From the NCBI GenBank assembly GCA_038729465.1, contig JAVYRZ010000003.1, forward strand, positions 40,454 to 104,453: DNA of 64,000 nucleotides. The letters are read 5' to 3'. Source of the DNA: Thermoplasmata archaeon. GTDB lineage: Archaea > Thermoplasmatota > Thermoplasmata > Thermoplasmatales > ARK-15. The notes under the pieces are model-generated. The model was not told the origin of the DNA, ran no database searches, and saw only the letters and a list, made by a program, of their open reading frames with translations. Below are positions 31,057-38,900 of this stretch, piece after piece (within the stretch, counting starts at the first letter, position 1; each line of letters begins with the position of its first letter). A program made the translations under genes and the position numbers.

Positions 31057-34000
31057 ATGTTTTTACAGTCAATAGAGCTTGAAAATTTCAAATCGTTTGG
31101 CAAAAAGACAAAGATAGAGTTTAAAAATGGATTCACAGTTTTGAGTGGTCCCAACGGCTCTGGGAAAAGTAATATATCAGATGCCATCCTATTTGTCTTA
31201 GGCCCAAAAAGCTCAAAAATGATCAGAGCACAAAAGCTTACTGACTTAATATTTAATGGAGGCAAAGACCGAAATGCAGCAGATTACTGTAAAGTTTCTA
31301 TAACGTTTAATAATACAGATAGGTTTATACCATTAGATAATGATCTGGTCACGTTTTCAAGAATGGTTAAGTTATCAGAGCGTGAGGATGGATACAACTC
31401 TTATTTTTATATCAATGGTGATAAAGCAAAACTGCAAGATTTTACAGATCTGTTGTCACAAGCCAGAATTTTTGCAGATGGCTACAATTTTGTGCAACAA
31501 GGAGATGTAACCAATATTGTAGAGATGACGGCACTGGAGCGCAGGAGAATACTGGAAGAAATTGCCGGAATAACGAAATATGATGAAGAGATTCAAAATG
31601 CAGAGAGTAAGAAAAAAGAAGTAGAAGAAAACATGAATGCAATAGATCTCTTATTGAAAGAGATCGAAGTGCATGTAGCAACATTGAGCAAGGATAGAGA
31701 TGTAGCGCTTAAATATTTAGAGATTAAAGATCGATATAATAAGGCAAAGGCTCAGCTAGAGTATAAGCGAATGATGGGATTTAGGTCAGAAATAGAAGGC
31801 GACGAAGCAGAGATACTCAGATTAAAAAATGAGATAGAGAAATTAAACAGTGATATCAAGGAAATGAATAAGTCGGAAGAGAACGTGAAAGCAAAGAGAA
31901 CTGAGCTGGATTTAGAGATAGCAAACAGTGGAGGAGAAGATGTAAAAAAATTGAAAGAGCAGATTGATGAGCATAGGATCCAGCTTGGAAGAAACAAGAT
32001 GAAGATTGAAGATCTGGAAGATACTATAAAAAAGCAAAGAGAGCTTGTTTTAAGCAATGAAAAAGATTACAAAGAGCTTCTTACAAAGCTCAAAAATTCA
32101 GAGCTACAGAGAACAAAATTAAGCAAAGAAAAAGAGGCAAAGGCTCAGGATTATAACGCAAAAAAAAGCATTTTAAGTGAAAAAGAGAAAAAAGCAGTAG
32201 AATATTCAGAGAGCACTAAAGGATTGCAGGAGAATCTGTTAAAGTTGTATAAAGATCTTGAGACTATGCGATCTGAATTCACGCAGAAGACAAATGAATT
32301 TAACAAAACAAAAAATAAGCTTGACATGCTTGCAGAGTCAATAGCAGGTCTCGAAGAGTCTAAAAAGAATTATGAACTAAACATAACAGATGCAGAATGG
32401 AGACTCAGTGAATCAAAAAATTTCAACAAAGGTATTGAGAAAAATACTAAAGAACTGCAAGAACAATATTTTAAGCTAACAAATCAAGAAAAAAGCCTAA
32501 AAGAGGAGATTGAGAAGGTAGAAAAAGAGATACTATCTCTTACTAAAGAGTATGAAAAAGTGCAGGCGAGAATTGACAGCAGTAAAGTGGGGGCGGGGTA
32601 TCATATAATAAGTGCCAGAGACCATAATGAATTAAAGGGGATTGTTGGAACAGTATCTGAATTAATTACCGTACCTGACGAGTATAAGGTTGCAATAGAA
32701 ATTGCAGCAGGTGCGAGGCTAGAAAGCATTGTTGTTGAAAATGATGAACATGCAACAAAAGCAATAGAATATTTAAGGAATAAAAATTTAGGCAGGGCCA
32801 CATTTTTGCCTCTGAACAAAATGATGGTAGGCAGACCAAGAGGCAAGGCATTACTTGCCGTGAAAGAGCAGAACGTTCTGGGGTTTGCAATTGAGCTTAT
32901 AAAATTTAATAAAGAATATGAAAATGCGATATGGTATATTTTTGGAGACACTATAATTGTCAGGGACATGGCTACCGCGAGGAAGCTTATGGGTGGGATC
33001 AGAATAGTAACGCTTGACGGCCAGTTATTTGAGGCAAGTGGCGCAATAATAGGAGGCTCTTTAGAATCTCGGGGCAGTAGAGTAACAATGCGTGATTTAG
33101 AAGAGCTTGGAAAGAAGCTCAGAGATAAAAATAGCATGAGAGACGATCTTGAAAATGGGCTGAAAAATATAGAAACTATGTTGCAAGATGTTACAGCAAA
33201 GCTTAGAGAGTCTGCCATGAAAAACAATAAGGCCGAGCTTGAAATCTGGGAAAAAACTAAAGAAGAGTATAATAAGAAACTAACTGAATGTGTAATACAA
33301 CTGAAAGCTAAGCAGGAAGAGAGTGATAAATTTACGGTGGTGCTTAAGAGTCTGGAGAATGAGATTACAGATCTAAAAAATTCAATAGCGGCGAAAGTTG
33401 AAGAATCCGAAAAGATAAAAAAGAGCATAGAAGCATTAACGCCAGAAAAATTAAGAAACGAAATAAAAAAGCTTAATGAAGAAATAGAAACTTTAGATGG
33501 TATTATAAAAGAACAAACTAATGAGTTAAGTGGTTTAAATACTGAAATATCTCTATTATCTGAAAAAATAGAAACGAACAGAAAGCAGGTAGAAAACTAT
33601 ACTATAGAAATAAAAGCTAAAGAAAAGGAGCTAAAAGAAGTAGAAGAACAGAAAAAGCAGACTGAGCAAGAGCTACAAAAATTGATAGAAGTTGAAAAAT
33701 CGTTTAATGTAAAGTATCAGGAACTGATAAAAAAAAGGGAAGAGTTGGACAATAAGATCATAAGCATAGATCATGAAATAACTAGAAGTCAGGAAAATGC
33801 TGGAAGAAAGCAAGATTTTATTATCTCTTTAAATACACGTCTTAAAGAATCGCAAGAAAAACTTGAAGAGTCTAAGAAAATATTTGAAGCTTTTAATATA
33901 GAGATAACAGAGCCGGTACCACCGGTATCAGAACTTAAAAAGATAGTCTCGGATAGTGAAACTGAGCTAAAAAATTTAGAGCCTGTAAATATGAAAGCTA

Positions 34001-34596
34001 TAGATGATTATAATGTCGAAAAGGAAAGATACGACACATTAAAGTCAAATTATGAAAAGCTAGAGCAAGAGCGCCAAGATTTGATAAAGCTGGTGGTTGA
34101 GCTCAACGAAAAGAAAAAAACAGGATTAATGATCGTATTAAAAGCAGTGAAAGAAAACTTCATGACGATATATAAAGAGATATCTGAGGGAGGAGAAGCA
34201 GATATGTATCTTGAAAATGAAGAAGATCCTTTTTCTGGCGGCTTGGTAATAAAAGTTAAGCCTAAAAGCAAGAAGTTTATAAGGCTAGAAGCATTGAGTG
34301 GCGGTGAAAAAAGTCTGGCAGCATTGACATTTATATTTGCAATACAAAAATATGAGCCTTCTCCAATCTATATTTTGGATGAAGTGGACATGTTTCTGGA
34401 CAGTGTAAATGCTGAAAACGTGGCAAGAATAATAAAAAGCAACTCAGGCAACGCACAGTTTTTAGTAATATCTTTAAGAGAAGTGACATTACACTATGCA
34501 GATTATATAATAGGCGTTACATCTGCTATGGACGGGTTATCTAGAATATTTTCACAGTCTATGAAAAATATGGAGGTTATGCAGAATGGAACTTGA
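31057..34596 (+). CDS. smc: Chromosome segregation protein SMC
   Basis: 1179 aa; GPNGSGKSN, long coiled coils, a central hinge (GIVGTVSELI...), LSGGEKSLAALTF and IYILDEVDMFLD. GGTGA lies 4 nt before the ATG. Confidence 0.96.
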   Translation: MFLQSIELENFKSFGKKTKIEFKNGFTVLSGPNGSGKSNISDAILFVLGPKSSKMIRAQKLTDLIFNGGKDRNAADYCKVSITFNNTDRFIPLDNDLVTFSRMVKLSEREDGYNSYFYINGDKAKLQDFTDLLSQARIFADGYNFVQQGDVTNIVEMTALERRRILEEIAGITKYDEEIQNAESKKKEVEENMNAIDLLLKEIEVHVATLSKDRDVALKYLEIKDRYNKAKAQLEYKRMMGFRSEIEGDEAEILRLKNEIEKLNSDIKEMNKSEENVKAKRTELDLEIANSGGEDVKKLKEQIDEHRIQLGRNKMKIEDLEDTIKKQRELVLSNEKDYKELLTKLKNSELQRTKLSKEKEAKAQDYNAKKSILSEKEKKAVEYSESTKGLQENLLKLYKDLETMRSEFTQKTNEFNKTKNKLDMLAESIAGLEESKKNYELNITDAEWRLSESKNFNKGIEKNTKELQEQYFKLTNQEKSLKEEIEKVEKEILSLTKEYEKVQARIDSSKVGAGYHIISARDHNELKGIVGTVSELITVPDEYKVAIEIAAGARLESIVVENDEHATKAIEYLRNKNLGRATFLPLNKMMVGRPRGKALLAVKEQNVLGFAIELIKFNKEYENAIWYIFGDTIIVRDMATARKLMGGIRIVTLDGQLFEASGAIIGGSLESRGSRVTMRDLEELGKKLRDKNSMRDDLENGLKNIETMLQDVTAKLRESAMKNNKAELEIWEKTKEEYNKKLTECVIQLKAKQEESDKFTVVLKSLENEITDLKNSIAAKVEESEKIKKSIEALTPEKLRNEIKKLNEEIETLDGIIKEQTNELSGLNTEISLLSEKIETNRKQVENYTIEIKAKEKELKEVEEQKKQTEQELQKLIEVEKSFNVKYQELIKKREELDNKIISIDHEITRSQENAGRKQDFIISLNTRLKESQEKLEESKKIFEAFNIEITEPVPPVSELKKIVSDSETELKNLEPVNMKAIDDYNVEKERYDTLKSNYEKLEQERQDLIKLVVELNEKKKTGLMIVLKAVKENFMTIYKEISEGGEADMYLENEEDPFSGGLVIKVKPKSKKFIRLEALSGGEKSLAALTFIFAIQKYEPSPIYILDEVDMFLDSVNAENVARIIKSNSGNAQFLVISLREVTLHYADYIIGVTSAMDGLSRIFSQSMKNMEVMQNGT

Positions 34597-35443
34597 AATA
34601 CTTAAAAAACTAATATCTTTTGATGAATATGACGAGTCTAAAATAGAAGAATATCTGAAACTTATAGCAAACTCTCAAAAAGGTTTATATCACTCTATGA
34701 AAGATGATCAGGAAAAAGCAATAGTTGCTGCATTCGAGCTTGTTATAGAGCATGGCTTGAATCCATGGAGCCTTGATATATTAGAGTTTACAAAATTATA
34801 TTTAGAGAAAGTCAAAAATGAAGAGTTTATAGACTTTATAACTGCCGGAAACCTTATATTCATGGCATGGCAAATTTTAGAGAAAAAAACAAAAAGCGTG
34901 CTACTAAAGTATGAAGAAAAAGAACCGGTGCAGGAAATAGAACCTTACACATACGATAATGATTATGGAGATTATGATCTTACAGATTATTTAATCAGAG
35001 AAAATCCCTTGCAGGAACCGGTGAGAAGAGAAGAAAAAAGGCCCGTAACGATTATAGAACTTATAAACGCATTGCAAAAAAGCATGAACGATCAGAACCT
35101 TAGAAAAGAGACACAGGAGAAAAACAAGAAATTAAATGAGACGCTAAGCAAAACATGGAACGAAAAGCTTCATAGAGAGCGTTTGGAAGAGGAAATAAAA
35201 ACAATATGGAACCGCATCTTGAGCGTTGATAAAGATTATATGGAATTAAAAGAGCTTTATGATGGCTCTAAGCTAGATTTTATACAGACTTTCATACCTT
35301 TGCTCTATCTATACAAGGAAGAAAAAGTGAACTTGATCCAGAGCAAACCTTATGATACTATTTCTGTTGAAGTATTAGTACCTTATCCATTGAGAAAGCT
35401 AGAACACTTAGAACCGCCAAAAGTAGAGCTTATCACTTCTTAG
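34586..35443 (+). CDS. scpA: Segregation and condensation protein A (kleisin ScpA)
   Basis: 285 aa; it overlaps the smc 3' end by 11 nt. The N-terminal LNPWSLDILEFTKLYLEKV...GNLIFMAWQIL pattern matches ScpA, with an acidic linker and a C-terminal winged-helix-like region. Confidence 0.8.
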   Translation: MELEILKKLISFDEYDESKIEEYLKLIANSQKGLYHSMKDDQEKAIVAAFELVIEHGLNPWSLDILEFTKLYLEKVKNEEFIDFITAGNLIFMAWQILEKKTKSVLLKYEEKEPVQEIEPYTYDNDYGDYDLTDYLIRENPLQEPVRREEKRPVTIIELINALQKSMNDQNLRKETQEKNKKLNETLSKTWNEKLHRERLEEEIKTIWNRILSVDKDYMELKELYDGSKLDFIQTFIPLLYLYKEEKVNLIQSKPYDTISVEVLVPYPLRKLEHLEPPKVELITS

Positions 35444-35726
35444 CCAGCTCTTTTTTTAATATTTTGTCCATGTCTTCAAAATATTTTTGTAATTTATTCA
35501 GTCCTCTTTTTACTGCATTTTGTGGTTTTCCCTCTTTTACCTTTATATACAATACAGGATTATCCAGCGTAGGATGATCTATATGATAAGTGATCTCATC
35601 AACCATCGGATCTTTAGAGATCTCTTCGATTAAAGGTCTCAGAATGGTATTATCTGAATTAACAATTTCTAATTTGATAGAATCCTTTTCTTTCTCTATA
35701 ATCTGAAAGCTCATTTCTTCGGTCAT
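35433..35726 (-). CDS. rpoL: DNA-directed RNA polymerase subunit L (Rpo11)
   Basis: 97 aa. It aligns by eye to archaeal RpoL (IIEKEKDSIKLEI...T.LRPL..E...D..V....Y.IDHP.LD.PVLYIKVKEGKP..A...). Confidence 0.75.
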   Translation of the reverse strand: MTEEMSFQIIEKEKDSIKLEIVNSDNTILRPLIEEISKDPMVDEITYHIDHPTLDNPVLYIKVKEGKPQNAVKRGLNKLQKYFEDMDKILKKELAKK

Positions 35727-35890
35727 TATAAAAGCTGATACTTTATTACTATTTTAATCTTTTTATGCGTTCTTTTAGTATTTTCGTCCATAGAGAAAGC
35801 GTTCGAATTTTTTCAAGTGTTTAGCTAAAGATCTCAGACACATATTATTAAATCCTTTATCTTAGCTCTTCTAATAACATTTGAAACAAA

Positions 35891-35939
35891 AGTTTATATG
35901 TATAGATATCATTTATTTATAAAATTTAATAGTGGGGGA
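35891..35939 (+). promoter_or_regulatory. Candidate TATA-like box (TTTATATG, 35893-35900) and Shine-Dalgarno-like GTGGGGGA (35932-35939) for the giant ORF
   Basis: An AT-rich TATA-like element lies about 50 nt upstream of the start. A purine-rich element lies 7 nt upstream of the TTG start at 35947. Identified by sequence inspection only. Confidence 0.3.
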
Positions 35940-35946
35940 ATTTTAA

Positions 35947-38900
35947 TTGCCTAATCCTTATACGTCCGCAATAAAAATTACAAAAGAGCTTGAAGAGAAG
36001 GCAAAAGAGATCAAATTAAAAAAAGAGCAATGTGATAGTCTAGAGGCAGATATACAAAAAAAATTATTAGAATTGAAAAAAATAGGCGCGGATACAGTAA
36101 ATATATCTACTAAATTTAATAAGGGGAAGGCACTTTATGATAATAAAAACTATATTGAATGTATACCTATATATCAAGATGTACTAAACAGCTTAAAATC
36201 TATTGAGCTAGCACATATTAATGATTTTGATACAGATCTAAATAAAATATTTGATATGTCTAAGTACTTCAATATAGATCTTATAAAATATCAAGTAGAG
36301 TATAAATCATTGTTAAACACAGCCTCTGAAAATTTTGTAGAGTCTTTTAAAAAGATAGAAATTCTTAAAAGTCAATGTTTACAGATCTTTGAAGAAAGTT
36401 TATTGAAAATAATACACGCTATAATAGCTAAACTGGATATATTTGATACAACGGAGAAAGGCATTTTTGAGTCCAGAAGTGATGAAATATTAGAGCTTAT
36501 TAGCAAGAAAGAAACTATACTAGCCGCTGAAAAATTGAAAAAGTTAGATTTAGACTATAGAGAGCAATCTGGAGAAAAATACAGGGCTTTGTTACTAGAA
36601 ATATCTTCTTTAAAAAAATCGATCGAGTTTGCAAAAATAACATTTGACGCCCTTAAAATAAGCCAGATTGAAAAAGAGATAGAAAGAGAATATAAAAAAG
36701 GGAACATAGAAAAAGCAATAGTAATATCGAAGGATTTGAGAGATCTATTAAAAAATCAGATCTCTGAATTTTTCGAGAGTATCATGGCAATAACAGGTAA
36801 CCTCATAGACGAAGCAAAATTTATTGGCGTGGAAAATGCAGAAGAGCTGAATAATGAGATTAATAAGATAAAAAATGATTTTTATGAAGGATCTTATTTT
36901 AACAGTCTAGTAGCAATCAAGAGAGTGATGTCGCAGATTGAGAAAATGAAATTTCAGAGGCTATACGATGAGATATCGAAAGTAAAAGACATACTTTCAA
37001 AAGCCAAAGAAGATAATATCGATATCACGAATTCACTGAATAGTTTAGAATCTGCAAAAGATAAGTTAAAAGATAAAAACTACATAGCTTCATATAATGA
37101 TATAAAAAATGCAAGGCAGCAAATAGAAAAAATTATAAATTTAAGAGATAGGCTTATTAAAGAGCTGGTTGAAACGAAAGATTTGTTACCAAAGCTTTCA
37201 AAAGAAGGCATATCATTAAATATTTCAGAAAAAGAACTAGATAGTATATCTGATTTAGTTAGGAGCGATCCTTTTAAAGCAGAAGCTCAATTGACGGAGT
37301 TTAAGAACAGATTAAAAAGAGATCTTGAAGATTATGCATTAAACTTAAAATCCAAACTAGATGAAAATATTTCAGTTTCAAAAATGTACGGAATAGACTT
37401 AAAAAATTATGATATTGAATTATTGGACCAGCTTTTTGAAAATTCAGATTTTATAGCTTATATATCCAGCACTAAAAAAATCGACGCGTTATTAATTGAA
37501 AACATAGAAAAAGTAATAAACTCAAAGATAAGAGATACCGAAAAAAAACTTGTAAAAGAGAGTCAAGAAACAGGTCTTATTTTAACAGACTCATTAGCCA
37601 AAATAAAAGAGTTATTAAACAATCATAGTTATAGAGAGATTTACACAATTTTTAAAGAAATTGAAAATGTATTGTGGAATGAAAAAGTGAAGGAATATAA
37701 CGATAAATTAAAGAGCATTGAAACTGTAGCAGAACAGCTGAGTAATGAAAATTTTGATGTTTCTCAACTAAAAACTCAAATCACCATTTTAAAAATAGAA
37801 TTAGAACAAAAAAATGATAACAATATAAAACAGGCATATTCTGATTTGCAAAATATCTTTGATAATTCAATGAAAGATATAATTGATCAGATACTGGTAT
37901 ATAGCAACACTATTTTGATAGTACTAAAAAAATTAGGCATAGATAAAGAAAGAACTCCATTACCGCGAGAGATCTCTGAAATTATGGATGAACACAAGAA
38001 AGCAAATATAGAAGAAGTTTTTAAAAAGTCTTTAATTTTAAGAAAGCAGGTTAACGAGATATTAGAACACAGCGAATCATTGTTTATAGATATGTTATCT
38101 ATAAAGCAGAGAATAAAAGATATTAAGATACCTGATACAGGAATATTAAACATCGATTTTGAACTTGGGGAAATAAAAAAAGAGTATAGCGAATTTAATT
38201 TTGATAGATGCAAGAAGCTGATAGATGAATTATCTGAAAAAATTGATAATGTCATATTTTCTCTAGATATAGATGCTATAACTAAAAAGATAGAAGAACT
38301 GTACAAGATATCTCAAACAGTAGGGTTAGGGCCAGAATTTGAAAACGATGCAGTTGTATTCAAAAGACTAATAAACGAAAAGAAGTTTAAAGATGCAAAA
38401 ACAGTGGCAGAGAAAATTTTCAAAGAAACCGAACAGCAAATTGAATCTTTTTTTTCGCAGAGCTTTTTAAAAATGGACCAGCTTTTAGATACACTAAAGA
38501 GCAGATATTTAAAAATTCCATTAGATGAGAATATTCTCGAAGATTCAAAAAAATATTTTGTGAGCCGAGAGTACAGTAAGAGCTTGGAAACTTTAAAAGT
38601 ATATGAGAACAAAATCAATAACATCAAATATGTTTATGATATTTTAGAACCAGATATAAAGTTAGTTGAGCAAAAAATAAGAGAAGCCAAGAACCTGGAA
38701 CTTGTGGTACAGGACCTTGAAAATGAGTATGAGAGCATAAAGGCGCAGGTTTCATCTGGCGTTTATACAGAAGCTATCAATAAAGTAAAAGCTATATTAT
38801 CCAATATTTCAGCACGGTTAAATGAGGCAGTAGATTCAATATTAAATAATGTAAGAGAAGAAATAAACAACGCAAAAGCCAGGAATGTTGATACCACGAT

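Noticed and set aside
32601-33428. 275-aa minus-strand ORF inside smc, plus smaller ones at 31752-32057 and 34050-34271
   Set aside because: It is antisense to a confidently identified SMC coiled-coil region. Its S/F/L-rich low-complexity sequence is the expected mirror image of K/E-rich codons. No motifs and no start context were found.
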